Positions 10,765 to 24,271 of a DNA stretch of 64,000 bases are shown one piece after another (positions within the stretch are counted from its first letter, which is position 1; every line of letters begins with the position of its first letter). This DNA comes from Malacoraja senta (lineage: Eukaryota). The stretch spans positions 12,464,001 to 12,528,000 of the forward strand of contig CM075992.1 in the NCBI GenBank assembly GCA_038087875.1, written 5' to 3'. The position numbers were made by a program, and so were the translations under genes. Below the pieces are notes generated by a model. The model saw nothing but the letters and a program-made list of their open reading frames with translations, was not told where the DNA came from and searched no databases.

Positions 10765-13446
10765 CTGAGTTTGTATCTGGTTCTGGGACGGTGGACAGAT
10801 CCTCCCGGGGTTCAGCTGTTGTTTCCTGGGATTTGGGTGTTTCCTGGGGTTCGGCTGTTTCCTGGGCTTCCTCAGTTGGTACGGAGGCTGGATCTGTAAT
10901 AAAGTGTGGACAGACAGTGGGTGTAGTGTGGAAATAATCCAGCAGCTCTGCGGGATGGGAGCAGAGGGAAGTGCACGGCCGACAAGAGTCTCTGGTGACA
11001 CCAACGGTCCAGCCTTCTCCTGCACCGTGTATCCTGACACCCCCAGTACATCCCACTCCACAGTGGAGTGACCGTTACTGCCTCCCAGCTCCTCCACCCC
11101 ACACACCTCACACATTGGGACCCGTCCCTGCATCACTCCGCTCTGCTCCCCACTCCCTCTGCTCCTCACCCCCATCATTCCCGTCTTCATTCAATACTCT
11201 CCGTCCGTCTCTCTGCTCTCATTCCCCTCCGCTCGCCCCTCCCTGCCCTCTAACCTCCTCCTCGACCCTGCCTCTCCCTCACCCACCCTTTCCCTCTCTC
11301 TCACCCACGCACCTCTCCCACCCCCTCTGTCCCTCTCCACCCTCTCCCTGCTCCCCCTCACCCGCCGGCTCACTCGGTCTCGTGGGAGGGGAGGGGATGG
11401 GTCATTCGTGGGACGTCAATACGTCTAGCGCATAGCGCTCGTCCGATCAGTTTCGAACTGCTCTGCCAAGGTAAGGCAATTTTCACCGGGCCACTCTATA
11501 GCGTGCCCAGAGTAGCTCTGGAGGCGGCCGTGGGTTTGGGCCACCGTGGCAGCTCCATAGGAGCTAGAGTAAGAAGAATCTTTTGTGTCGCAGTTCGAGC
11601 TCTCCACGGGAGCAGGCGGCTGATATTGTAGACCGCCGTGGGCTCCATAGGAGCTAGGATTACGGCTGTTACCGTTATATCTCTGCACGGCAGCAGGCGG
11701 ACAAAATTGGAGACCGCCGTAGGGAGGGGAGGAAGGGAATGGCCTGCACCTGGGGAGGAGAGATCCCTGGAGGAGGGGATAGGTCTAGGGGCAGGGGAAG
11801 AGGGGGGGGGGGCAGTTAACCTGAACACTCAGTGTGTTGGTGACGCGGGACGTCACAGAATATCTCCACAACACCAACTACCTGTGTGACTGGGGAACGG
11901 ACACCTACCTGTACAATACACAGCGTCGGTGTAGGGTAACGGCCACAGCTGATACACAAAGTAACCGGTGCAGTTCTTCACCCTGATCTCCAGGTCCCTG
12001 TAGCAGATGTCACTGCCTACAGTGAAACAGACTAGCCTGGTCACCTCCCCGTCTCCCACGCTGGGATGGCGACCTGGAATGAGGATTATAAACATTGTAA
12101 AATGTACCCGGAGCCACAGTGCGGTGGGGAATGTGAATGTGGAGCCAATGTAAGGCAGTGATCACAAGCCACGGTCGGGTTTGACCTGCCTCAGTCAGCG
12201 GTGAGCTGCTGCCCTCACCCTCCTCACCCACACTCCCCACAGCAGCCCCTGCTCCTGGTGCTGACGCCCTAGGGTGCCGGGGTCAGGACTGGAAACACCC
12301 CGATGGGTGCTGACAGCTGGTGATGAGCGGACATGAAAGGTTTAGAGGAACACTGGCCGAATTAGCTCAGATGGGACATCATGGTCGGCATGGGCCGAAG
12401 GGCCCATTTCTGTGCCGTGTGACATGACTAATTACAGTATATAATGTATAGTTCAGCCTCATCGGAAATATCACTAGATTGCAATACTTTTAACCACAAC
12501 ACATCACGAACACTTCAATCACACATCATAAGCACATTGTTGCTGAATGTTGTGTGTATTTAATTTCTCCGCCTCGTTGCTGAACAGTGGGTGTCCTGAG
12601 ACGGGCCCAGCTCCCTGGGAGCTGCTCCTCCACTGAAACTGCTCCGGCTCCGATCTGGAGCAGGGGCAACGAGCGGATGGGATCCGTAGCCCCACTATCG
12701 GGAAACTCCAGGAAGCTGGAGCTTCCGCACCGCACTCCGTGAGGATCCAGGGCCGGTGCACGGTCTAAGTGACTATGGGGGAACCTCTCAGGGAGTTTGT
12801 GTTCCGTGTCCGTGCGAGGGGCCCTCTGGAGGGATCTGGGTGGTCAGTCTGACCCTCCCGGACAATAACTGAGAGCATCTGTAATAAACTCTGACCCTAC
12901 CGTTTAACCAGACTGGGTACTCCCCGGAGCAGTGATTCACTTGAATGCCAGTCTCCGGAATCTTCCATCCACCGGAACTGAAACAACAATCAGAGAGTCA
13001 GCCCCTCAACTGAGGGAGTACGTTCACCCAGGGAAAGACCTGGAATCAGGGCTATTCTGACCGCACCCCGTCCCGTTCAACATTCCCCGGAATCCAATGT
13101 TGTTTTCCCTCCGCTTCCGTCTTCCCCGGTCTCTCACTCCACATTGTGGGAACTCCCCATTCTCAGTATTGATGCCCCGTCCCATTGTAGCAACTGATGA
13201 TCACCATCTCCCTACATCTTCCCTTCACACGCCCCTCATTATCCCGTTTACATTTTCCATCAGTGTCCAATTTCTCAGCAATGATCGCCTCACGTTACCT
13301 CTTAAATCTGTACCATCCCACTGTAAGGTTCCAATCACCCATTGTTGTCCCACCGCTGCACTCAGTGTGGGAACAATCCGTGCTCCTCCAGGGCTGATCC
13401 AGGACGGTGTGGGTCACACACGCGTCACCGAGTGCGGAGTCTGTGG
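10765..13446 (-). CDS. Module B: D8C-like domain plus stalk; exons 13446-13299, 12977-12901, 12073-11909, 10893-10765 (173 aa, open)
   Basis: Same exon sizes (148/77/165/129), GT-AG sites, no stops. DAC replaces DPC; GWYRF is intact. Confidence 0.85.
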
Positions 13447-13920
13447 CTGAGGGACAGAATGATGTTCGGTGTTAATGTCAAGTTCAGCTCATGTCCCCAG
13501 CCTGATGTTCCCCACCTCCCTCATCTGCATCTCCACCCTCACCAACCCCGAGCACCAATAATCTCCCGTTCGTTCCCTGACCAATGACACCATCTCCCGG
13601 ATAAATGCAGGCACAAACCCACGTCTCTAAACCCAGCTTCATCGATCTCCCGCCATGAGCTGATTGCCACAAGAACGACCACTCGGCCCATCAGCTTCAT
13701 GCCAGTGTCCAGGGGACCGATCTCATCAGTCCCATCTCGAGGTTGCTTGGATATCCACATTGTAAGCTAAAGGAAGGCCCCTTTCCATAACGTAAGGCAG
13801 GACCCAGCCAAAGTAGATTGGAAGCAGTTACATGGATAAAACGACACGCAACATGTGGGAATCCTTTAAACGGGAAATGGTGAGACTTCAGGGTAAATGT
13901 GTTTCCATTCTCGATTGTCA

Positions 13921-14112
13921 CTGGGAGATATGACGGTGTATCTCAGTCCCCAGGGACACTGACTGTGGACAGTGAGGGACACTGGGGGTCAGTGGGAGAT
14001 ATGACGGTGTATCTCAGTCCCCAGGGACACTGACTGTGGACAGTGAGGGACACTGGGTGTCAGTGGGAGATATCACGGTGTATCTCAGTCTGCAGGGAAC
14101 ACTGATTGTGGA
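13921..14112. repeat. ~70-bp intronic minisatellite (tgggagatatcacggtgtatctcagtccccagggacactgactgtggacagtgagggacactgggggtcag)
   Basis: About 2.5 copies here; also at 6781-6852, 7575-7648, 22621-22812, 27220-27342. Confidence 0.75.
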
Positions 14113-14139
14113 CTGCAGCTGTCTACATATGGACGACCT

Positions 14140-15255
14140 CTGGTTCCCTTCTTTACTCCTTGTACAAACACGACAGTTGAGGCAAATACAAATCCAACTC
14201 AATTTGCAAAATTCGGAGACGGCACCACCATTGTGGGCCAGATATAAATTAATAATGAGACGGAGTACAGGAAGGAGATTGAGAACCTCATAACCTATGG
14301 GGAGAATGCAGGAGAATGGGGTTGAGAGGGAAAGTTAGATCAACCATGATTGAGTGGCGGAGTAGACCCGATTGGCCGAAGAGCCGTATTCGACACTTAG
14401 AACCAATAAACTTGTTAAACAATGCGGTACACATACATTGAGGGAACTGAAGTAGAGATGGTTCAAATTCCATGGAGTAAATATCACCAGCAACTTGTCC
14501 TGGACCACCCATATCAATGCAATGGCCAGGAAAGCACACAAACATCTCTACTTCCTCAGAAGTAAGGAAGTTCGACAAGTCCCCAAGTCTTGCCAACTTC
14601 AATAAAAGCACCACAGAAAGCATTTTATAAAGATCCATGTGTTTAAGAAGGAACTGCAGGTGCTGTAAAATCGAAGGTAGACAAAAGTGCTGGAGAAACT
14701 CAGCGGGTGCAGCAGCATCTATGGAGCGAAGGAAATAGGCAACGTTTCGGGCTGAAACCCTTATCCAGATCCATCACAGCTTTGCAGAGAATTGTGGAGG
14801 CACCCAGACCATCATGCAAACAAACCTCCCTTCCATTGATTCCATCTACACTTCATACTGCTTGGCAAGGCCACCAGCATAATCAAGGACCCAGTCTCAC
14901 TCCCGGACACTACCCTTTCTCCCCTCTCCCTTCAGGCAAGATGTATCGAAGTGTGAAAACGCATACCTCCAGATTCAGAGACAGTTTCTTCCCAGCGGTT
15001 ATCAGGCAACTGAATCATCCTATCACCAATTAGAGAGTGGTAATGACCTCTCATTTATTTCCATGGAGCCTCGTACGATCTATAATTGGACTTTGCTGGA
15101 CATTATGATGCAGTAAACATTATTCCCTTTATCCTGTGTTTGTACACTGTGGACGGCTTGATTGAAATCATGTATAAGCTTTCCGCTAATTGGATAGCAC
15201 ACAACACAATGCTTTTCACTGCACCTTGGTACATGTCACAATAAACTAAACTAAA
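14140..15255 (+). mobile_element. Rex1/Babar-type LINE 3' remnant with nested CR1-tail and Penelope pieces (copies at ~22840-23781 + and ~26335-27190 -)
   Basis: Decayed ICKF.D.TTIVG.I.NNET, FKFHGVNITSNLSWTTHINAMARKAHKHLYFLR, LPSGKMYRS..TSRFRDSFFP. Confidence 0.7.
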
Positions 15256-15699
15256 TTCACTGTGGACAGTGAGGGACTGAGGGGTCAATGGGGGATATCA
15301 CGTTGTATCTCAGTCCCCAGGGAACACTGACTAGCTGTAGAAGAGAGGGACTTTTAAAAAAGGCCAGCTGATTACAGAGGCCCCACAGTTAATGAGATGA
15401 GGTGAGTTTCAGTTGGAGAAGCTAAAAACACATCGCATCCCGAGTGATTGCTCCTTAGTGGGTGTATAAAGGGAAGGTAGATACAAGTGGAAGAGCCTGT
15501 ATGGAGCGACCGTGTTTACGTACAAGTGCCGTGTGGAGGGTAAGTGCGAGGCTTTGGCTTGAGAGGCTTCGGCGTACAGGGTGACAGCGGGATAGAAACA
15601 TAGAAAATAGGTGCAGGAGTAGGCCATTCGGCCCTTCGAGCCTGCGCTGGTCTGGTTTGTGGTTATTTTTCTAATATACACTCTCCGTGGTCTAGTGCA

Positions 15700-17830
15700 G
15701 TAATGATGGCAGGTAGGGCAGTTAGTGCTCCTCCTGCAGGATGTGGGAAGTCAGGGAATCCTTCAGTGTTGCTGAGGACTATGCCTGTGGGAGGTGTGTC
15801 CATCTGCAGCTCCTTACAGATGGCGTTAGGGAACTGGAGCAATAGCTGGATGACATCAGCATCATCTGGGACACTGAGGATGTCACAGATAGGAGTCACT
15901 GTGTGCGGACGTTGCGCCGACGGACGAGAGGCCGAAGCAAAGAATTCGATGCCAAAGAACGGAATGGAAACGAGGCCGAAACGACAATAAACCGAAAGAG
16001 TCCGAAGACGAAACGCCTACTAACCGAAAGGATGGGCGGCTAAATGCAAACTACCCGAAAGGGCGGGACGCCTAAAACCCAAGGAACCGAAAAGCTGCTT
16101 CGCCTAAAAGCAAACTTACCAAATGGCCGCTCTGTCGATACGCCACCTACCCGAAAGGCGGCGTCTCCTACACACCTATGGCATGTGTTGGAAAATGAAC
16201 CCCACGCTCCCATCTCCGCCTTCTCTCTCCCCTCTTCTCTTTCCCCCTCTCTCTCCCTTCTCTCCGCTCTTCACTCTCTCCCTTCTCTCCCCTCTTCTCT
16301 CTCCCACTCTCTCACCACTCTCGTCCCCTCCTCTCTCCCCCCCCTCTCTCTCCCTTCTCTCTCTCTCTCTTCCCCTCTCTCTCCCCCCCTCTCCCTCTCT
16401 CTCTCCCCCCCTTCTCCTCTCTCCCCTCTTCTCTCTCTCTCCCCCTCTCTCCATTCTCTCCCTCTCTCCCTTCTCTCTCTCTCCCTTCTCTCTCCGTCCT
16501 TTCTCTCTCTCCCTTCTCTCTCTCTCCCTTCTCTCTCTCTCTCCCTTCTCTCTCCGTCCTTTCTCTCCCTCCCTTCTCCCTCCCTTCTCTCTCAACCCCC
16601 TCTCCCCTCTCCCCTCTCCTCTCTTCTCTCTTCTCTCTCTCTCCCCTCTTCTCTCTCTCTCCCCTCTTCTCTCTCTCCCCTCTTCTCCTCTCTCTCCTCC
16701 TTCTCTCTCCCACTCTCACTTCTCTCTCTCCCCTTCTCTCTCTCTCTCCTCCGTAGCCACCCGCGGGAGCGTCCCACAGTCAATGACCGCGATGCACCGC
16801 CATCGGACCTCAACCTCCTCACCAGGGTGATCCCCCCCCCCCCCCCCCCCCCCCCCGACCGCGGTCAGTGACTGGGACGCTCCCGCGGGTGGAGGCGGAG
16901 GAGAGAGAGAAGGGAGAGAGAGAAGGGAGAGAAAGGGGAGAGAGAGGAGATGAGAGTGAAGTGTTGAGAGAGAGGAGGAGGGAGAGAAGAGGGGAGAGAG
17001 AAGGTGGGAGAGAAGGGAGAGAGAGGGGGGTTTGAGAGGGGGAGAGATAGAAGAGGGGAGGGGGGAGAGAAGGAGAGAGAGAGAGGGGGGGGAGAGGGGG
17101 GAGGAGGGGAAGAGAGAGGAGGGGACGAGAGTGGTGAGAGAGTGGGAGAGAGAAGAGGGAGAGAATGGAGAGAGAGAAGAGGGGAGAGAAGGGAGAGAGA
17201 GAGGGGGGAAGAGAAGAGGGGAGAGAGAAGGCGGAGACGGTACCGGAGTCATAGTGAGGTGGTCACGCCTCGGGTAGGGGCAGAAAGTAGACGGGTGATC
17301 ACCAGGAAAGGGAGTAGTGAGAAAGTGCAGGAATCTCCTGTGGCCATTCCCCTCGACAACAGGTTGGTCCCTTTGGATACTGTTGGGGGGACGAGCGGCC
17401 AGGGGAGGGCAGCAGCAGTCAGGTCTGTGGTAACAAACCCGGCTCTGAGGCACAGTGGGAAGGGCACAGTCAGGCAGAGTGATAGTGATTGGAGAATCGT
17501 TAGTTCGGGAACCAGACAGGAGATTCTGGGGCAGCAAATGAGACTCCAGGATGGTGTGCTGCCTCCCTGGTGCCAGGGTCCAGGATGTCTCCCAGCCGCT
17601 GCAGAACATTCTCAAGGGGGAGGGGGAGCAGCCAGAAGTCGTTGTGAACGTCAGCACAAATGACAGAGGCAGGAAAAGGGATGAGGTCCTGTGGACTGAA
17701 GATAGGGAATTAGGCTAAAGGTTAATGCAGGACCTCCAGGGTAGTAATGTCTAGATTGTCGCCGGTGCCACGTGTTAGTGAGGGTAGGAACAGGAAGATA
17801 GATCAGATGAATGCGTGGCTGAGGAGTTGT
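15700..17830 (+). mobile_element. Second copy of the CR1 ORF1 remnant containing the palindromic 8-bp-TSD insertion (15900-17244)
   Basis: TSD GGAGTCAC 15892-15899 and GGAGTCAT 17245-17252; same esterase motifs as 8020-10050. Confidence 0.75.
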
Positions 17831-18539
17831 TGCAGGGGGGCAGGGAAGATAGAGGTGGTGGTGGTGGTAAGTTGGAAGGAACTTCCAACCCCTCAACCCA
17901 CTCCCCCACACACCCCCCTCCCGCACAACAGTGTCAAAGGACGAAGGGCCTGTTCCAGTGCTAGACCTGCCCTTCAATTCCACTATACTCACATTTCTAC
18001 TTGCCCTCCTCCCCTCTCCACACTGTCCCACATCCACCCTCCCCTGTGGTCCGCTCCCACCAATGGATTCCTGTCCCATCTCCCCAGACTCCCTCCTGCC
18101 ACCTCCACCCTAATTCCAGACCTCCCTCTCCCCCCTCCCCCTCCCAGCATCAACCTTCCAGACCTCCCCCTCCCCACGCCCACCTCCCTCACTCCAGATA
18201 TCCTCCTCGCCCTTTTCCAGCCTCCCTCCATCCCCAATTCCAAGCTTCCTCCCACAAACCCCTACTCCCCTTCTGATCCCTCTCCCCACTACACATCCCC
18301 CTCCCCCCACTACACACCCCCTCCCGTCCATTTCATCCCCTTCCCCCAACTCCAGACGCCCTCCGCCCACTCACCCCAGATACCCTCCTCCCCTCTCTCC
18401 CTCTCCAGATTTCCTCACACCACACCCCAGCCTCTCTCCTACTTCTCCTCGATGCCAATATTCCTCAAGTCACCGTCCCCTGCCCTTTCCCCACCAGCAC
18501 CGACGTTTGGGATCAGAAAAATCATCTCTCCATCAATAC

Positions 18540-21500
18540 CTGAGTTTGTATCTGGTTCTGGGACGGTGGACAGATCCTCCCGGGGTTCAGCTGTTGTTTC
18601 CCGGGGTTTGGGTGTTTCCTGGGGTTCGGCTGTTTCCTGTTCTTCCTCAGTTGGTACGGAGGCTGGATCTGTAATAAAGTGTGGACAGACAGTGGGTGTA
18701 GTGTGGAAATAATCCAGCAGCCCTGCGGGATGGGAGCAGAGGGAAGTGCACGGCCGACACCAGTCTCTGGTGACACAACGGTCCAGCCCTCTCCTGCACC
18801 GTGTATCCTGACACCCCCAGTACATCCCACTCCACAGTGGAGTGACCGTTACTGCCTCCCAGCTCCTCCACCCCACACACCTCACACATTGGGACCCGTC
18901 CCTGCGTCACTCCGCTCTGCTCCCCACTCCCTCTGCTCCTCACCCCCATCATTCCCCTCTTCATTCAATACTCTCCGTCCGTCTCTCTGCTCTCATTCCC
19001 CTCCGCTCGCCCCTCCCTGCCCTCTCACCTCCTCCTCGACCCTGCCTCTCCCTCACCCACCCTTTCCCTCTCTCTCACCCACGCACCTCTCCCACCCCCT
19101 CTGTCCCTCTCCACCCTCTCCCTGCTTCCCCCTCACCCGCCGGCTCACTCGGTCTCGTGGGAGGGGAGGGGATGGGTCATTCGTGGGACGTCAATACGTC
19201 TAGCGCATGGCGCTCGTCCGATCAGTTTCGAACTGCTCTGCCAAGGTAAGTCAATTTTCACCGGGCCACTCTATAGCGTGCCCAGGGTAGCTCTGGAGGC
19301 GGCCGGGGGTTTGGGCCACCGTGGCAGCTCAATAGGAGCTAGAGTAAGAAGAATCTTTTGTGTCGCAGTTCGAGCTCTCCACGGGAGCAGGCGGCTGATA
19401 TTGTAAACCGCCGTGGGCTCCATAGGACCTAGGATTACGGCTGTTACCGTTATAGCTCTGCACGGCAGCAGGCGGACAAAATTGGAGACCGCCGTAGGGA
19501 GGGAAGGAAGGGAATGGCCTGGACCTGGGGAGGAGAGATCCCTGGAGGAGGGGATAGGGAACGGCTAAGGTTGGGGTTCCAGGGGTGGGCTTGGTCCCAG
19601 GGGGGGGGGGGAGGAGAAGACTCGATCATTGGGGGGGGGGGGGTTACGGTGATATGTCGGTCCCAGGGAGGGGGTCCCAGGCTCGTTCCCGCGGAGGGGG
19701 TCCCAGGCTCGGTCCCAGGGGGCACAGTGAGGGACACTGCTGGTCAGGGGGAGATATCACGGTGTATCTCAGTCCACAGATGATCGTCCCAGCCAAGTTA
19801 TTGATACAGATTGTGATTCACCGGGGCCCAAGCACTGAGCCCTCTTGTACCCACACGTCACTGCTGCCAAACTGAGAATGATCTGCTTATTTCCACCTGT
19901 TGCTCTTTGTCCAAAAGCCAATTCTCAATCCATGTCAGTGTGTGAACAATTCCATGTGCTCTGACCTTGTTGACCAGCCTCTTGTGCAGGAACGTACTAA
20001 ATGCTTTCTGAAAACCCCCCACAGCCCAGCCACTGGTTCCCTCATCTGTTCTACTGGACGTGTCCTCAATGTGCTCCAGGGACTGTGAAACCTGAAATTC
20101 CTTCCACAGCCCATATTGTCTCTGCTCAGTCCTAACAGTGACACCGACTCCCTTCACTCGCACTTCCCCATCACACAGGAGAATCACTGTGAACCCGGCA
20201 AGTTGATGGGAAAGTCCCAACGGAGCATGGGAGAGAGAAGGGAAGTTCCGATGCTGGAGCGAGGGGGGGAGGGGAGATAGGTCCATGAGTGAGGGTCTTG
20301 CAGAGTCAGGGGGGGCGTGGAGGGGGCTGTGCGGTCAGGGAGTGAGGACTAAGCCAGGGTGAGGGTGGAAGTGCAGCGGTCTGAGCCAGGAGCGAGGTGG
20401 GTGGGGGGACGGGGTGGAGGAGCTGTGCTGAAGCAAAGATGGGAGGGGACGAAGCTGGGACCAGGGTGGGAGGGGAGGGGACAGGTCTAGGGGCAGGGGA
20501 AGAGGGGGGGGCAGTTAACCTGAACACTCAGTGTGTTGGTGACGCGGGACGTCACAGAATATCTCCACAACACCAACTACCTGTGTGACTGGGGAACGGG
20601 GACCTACCTGTACAATACACAGCGTCGGTGTAGGGTAACGGCCACAGCTGATACACAAAGTAACCGGTGCAGTTCTTCACCCTGATCTCCAGGTCCCTGT
20701 AGCAGATGTCACTGCCCACAGTGAAACAGACTAGCCTGGTCACCTCCCCGTCTCCCACGCTGGGATGGTGACCTGGAATGAGGATTATAAACATTGTAAA
20801 ATGTACCCGGTGCCACAGTGCGGTGGGGAATGTGAATGTGGAGCCAGTGTAAGGCAGTGATCACAAGCCACGGTCGGGTTTGACCTGCCTCAGTCAGCGG
20901 TGAGCTGCTGCCCTCACCCTCCCCACCCACACTCCCCACAGCAGCCCCTGCTCCTGGTGCTGACGCCCTAGGGTGCCGGGGTCTGGACTGGAAACACCCC
21001 GATGGGTGCTGACAGCTGGTGATGAGCGGCCATGAAAGGTTTAGAGGAACACTGGCCGAATTAGCTCAGATGGGACATCATGGTCGGCATGGGCCGAAGG
21101 GCCCATTTCTGTGCCGTGTGACATGACTAATTAAAGTATATAATGTATAGTTCAGCCTCATCGGAAATATCACTAGATTGCAATACTTTTAACCACAACA
21201 CATCACGAACACTTCAATCACACATCATAAGCACATTGTTGCTAAATGTTGTTTGTATTTAATTTCTCCGCCTCGTTGCTGAACAGTGGGTGTCCTGAGA
21301 CGGGCCCAGCTCCCTGGGAGCTGCTCCTCCACTGAAACTGCTCCGGCTCTGATCTGGAGCAGGGGCAACGAGCGGATGGGATCCGTAGCCCCACTATCGG
21401 GAAACTCCAGGAAGCTGGAGCTTCCCCACCGCACTCCGTGAGGATCCAGGGCCGGTGCGCGGTCTAAGTGACTATGGGGGAACATCTCAGGGAGTTTGTG

Positions 21501-22145
21501 TTCCGTGTCCGTGCGAGGGGCCCTCTGGAGAGATCTGGGTGGTCAGTCTGACCCTCCCGGACAATAACTGAGAGCATCTGTAGTAAACTCTGACCCTACC
21601 GTTTAACCAGACTGGGTACTCCCCGGAGCAGTGATTCACTTGAATGCCAGTCTCCGGAATCTTCCATCCACCGGAACTGAAACAACAATCAGAGAGTCAG
21701 CCCCTCAACTGAGGGAGTACGTTCACCCAGGGAAAGACCCGGAATCAGGGCTATTCTGACCGCACCCCGTCCCGTTCAACATTCCCCGGAATCCAATGTT
21801 GTTTTCCCTCCGCTTCCGTCTTCCCCGGTCTCTCACTCCACAATGTGGGAACTCCCCATTCTCAGTATTGATGCCCCGTCCCATTGTAGCAACTGATGAT
21901 CACCATCTCCCTACATCTTCCCTTCACACGCCCCTCATTATCCCGTTTACATTCTCCATCAGTGTCCAATTTCTCAGCAATGATCGCCTCACGTTACCTC
22001 TTAAATCTGTACCATCCCACTGTAAGGTTCCAATCACCCATCGTTGTCCCACCGCTGCACTCAGTGTGGGAACAATCCGTGCTCCTCCAGGGCTGATCCA
22101 GGACGGTGTGGGTCACACACGCGTCACCGAGTGCGGAGTCTGTGA
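18540..22145 (-). CDS. Module C: D8C-like domain plus stalk; exons 22145-21998, 21676-21600, 20772-20608, 18668-18540 (173 aa, open)
   Basis: Same exon sizes, GT-AG sites, no stops; GHHPSVGDG variant. Confidence 0.85.
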
Positions 22146-23781
22146 CTGAGGGACAGAATGATGTTCGGTGTTAATGTCAAGTTCAGCTCATGTCCCCAGC
22201 CTCATGTTCCCCACCTCCCTCATCTGCATCTCCACCCTCACCAACCCCGAGCACCAATAATCTCCCGTTCGTTCCCTGACCAATGACACCATCTCCCGGA
22301 TAAATGCAGACACCAATCCCACGTCTCAAAACCCAGCCTCATCGATCTCCCGCCATGAGCTGATTGCCACAAGAACGACCACTCGGCCCATCAGCTTCAT
22401 GCCAGTGTCCAGGGGACCGATCTCATCAGTCCCATCTCGAGGTTGCTGGGATATCCACATTGTAAGCTAAAGGAAGGCCCCTTTCCATAACGTAAGGCAG
22501 GACCCAGCCAAAGTAGATTGGAAGCAGTTACATGGATAAAACAACACGCAACATGTGGGAATCCTTTAAACGGGAAATGGTGAGACTTCAGGGTAAATGT
22601 GTTGCCATTCTCGATTGTCACTGGGAGATATCACGGTGTATCTCAGTCCCCAGGGACACTGACTGTGGACAGTGAGGGACACTGGGGGTCAGTGGGAGAT
22701 ATGACGGTGTATCTCAGTCCCCAGGGACACTGACTGTTGACAATGAGGGACACTGGGGGTCAGTGGGAGATATCACGGTGTCTCTCAGTCTGCAGGGAAC
22801 ACTGATTGTGGACTGCAGCTGTCTGCATATGGACGACCTCTGGTTCCCTTCTTGTACAAACACGACTGTTGAGGCAAATACAAATCCATCTCAATTTGCA
22901 AAAATTCAGAGACGGCACCACCATTGTGGGCCAGATATAAATTAATAATGAGACGGAGTACAGGAAGGAGATTGAGAACCTCATAACCTATGGGGAGAAT
23001 GCAGGAGAATGGGGTTGAGAGGGAAAGTTAGATCAACCATGATTGAGTGGCGGAGTAGACCCGATTGACCGAAGAGCCGTATTCGACACTTAGAACCAAT
23101 AAACTTGTTAAACAATGCGGTACACATACATTGAGGAACTGAAGTAGAGATGGTTCAAATTCCATGGAGTAAATATCACCAGCAACTTGTCCTGGACCAC
23201 CCATATCAATGCAATGGCCAGGAAAGCACACAAACATCTCTACTTCCTCAGAAGTAAGGAAGTTCGACAAGTCCCTAAGTCTTGCCAACGTCAACGGATG
23301 CCCCACAGAAAGCATTTTATAAAGATCCATGTGTTTAAGAAGGAACTGCAGATGCTGGAAAATAGAAGGTAGACAAAAGTGCTGGAGAACTCAGCGGGTG
23401 CAGTAGCATCTATGGAGCGAAGGAAATAGGCAACGTTTCGGGCTGAAACCCTTATCCAGATCCATCACAGCTTTGCAGAGAATTGTGGAGGCACCCAGAC
23501 CATCATGCAAACCAACCTCCCTTCCATTGATTCCATCTACACTTCATACTGCTTGGCAACGCCACCAGCATAATCAAGGACCCAGTCTCACTCCAGGACA
23601 CTACCCTTTCTCCCCTCTCCCTTCAGGCAAGATGTATCGAAGTGTGAAAACGCATACCTCCAGATTCAGAGACAGTTTCTTCCCAGCTGTTATCAGGCAA
23701 CTGAATCATCCTATCACCAAATAGAGAGTGGTAATGACCTCCCATTTATCTCCATGGAGACCCTCGGGGGGTACGATCTAT

Positions 23782-23981
23782 NNNNNNNNNNNNNNNNNNN
23801 NNNNNNNNNNNNNNNNNNNNNNNNNNNNNNNNNNNNNNNNNNNNNNNNNNNNNNNNNNNNNNNNNNNNNNNNNNNNNNNNNNNNNNNNNNNNNNNNNNNN
23901 NNNNNNNNNNNNNNNNNNNNNNNNNNNNNNNNNNNNNNNNNNNNNNNNNNNNNNNNNNNNNNNNNNNNNNNNNNNNNNNNN
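23782..23981. other. Assembly gap (200 N); array orientation flips across it
   Basis: Run of N. Confidence 1.
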
Positions 23982-24142
23982 GATGTAACTGGGGGTGTCA
24001 GGATACCACGGTGCAGGAGAGGGCTGGACCGTTGGTGTCACCAGAGACTGGTGTCGGCCGTGCACTTCCCTCTGCTCCCATCCCGCAGAGCTGCTGGATT
24101 ATTTCCACACTACACCCACTGTCTGTCCACACTTTATTACAG

Positions 24143-24271
24143 ATCCAGCCTCCGTACCAACTGAGGAAGCCCAGGAAACAGCCGAACCCCAGGAAACACC
24201 CAAGCCCCAGGAAACAACAGCTGAACCCCGGGAGGATCTGTCCACCGTCCCAGAACCAGATACAAACTCAG
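24143..24271 (+). CDS. Stalk exon type S1 (129 nt, phase 1-1); its D8C exons are not in this contig
   Basis: actttattacAG|ATCCAG...AACTCAG|GTattg; encodes DPASVPTEEAQETAEPQETPKPQETTAEPREDLSTVPEPDTNS. Confidence 0.8.

Larger units (their letters stand above)
1904..23781 (-). repeat. Tandem segmental duplication, about 2.7 copies of a 7.8-8.1 kb unit
   Basis: Equivalent exons at 2704/10765/18540 and 6157/13299/21998; introns and embedded TE fragments are collinear and near-identical. Confidence 0.95.

Noticed and set aside
13921..14112. CACTG/CAGTG motifs as V(D)J recombination signals
   Set aside because: No heptamer-12/23-nonamer arrangement and no Ig/TCR segments were seen.
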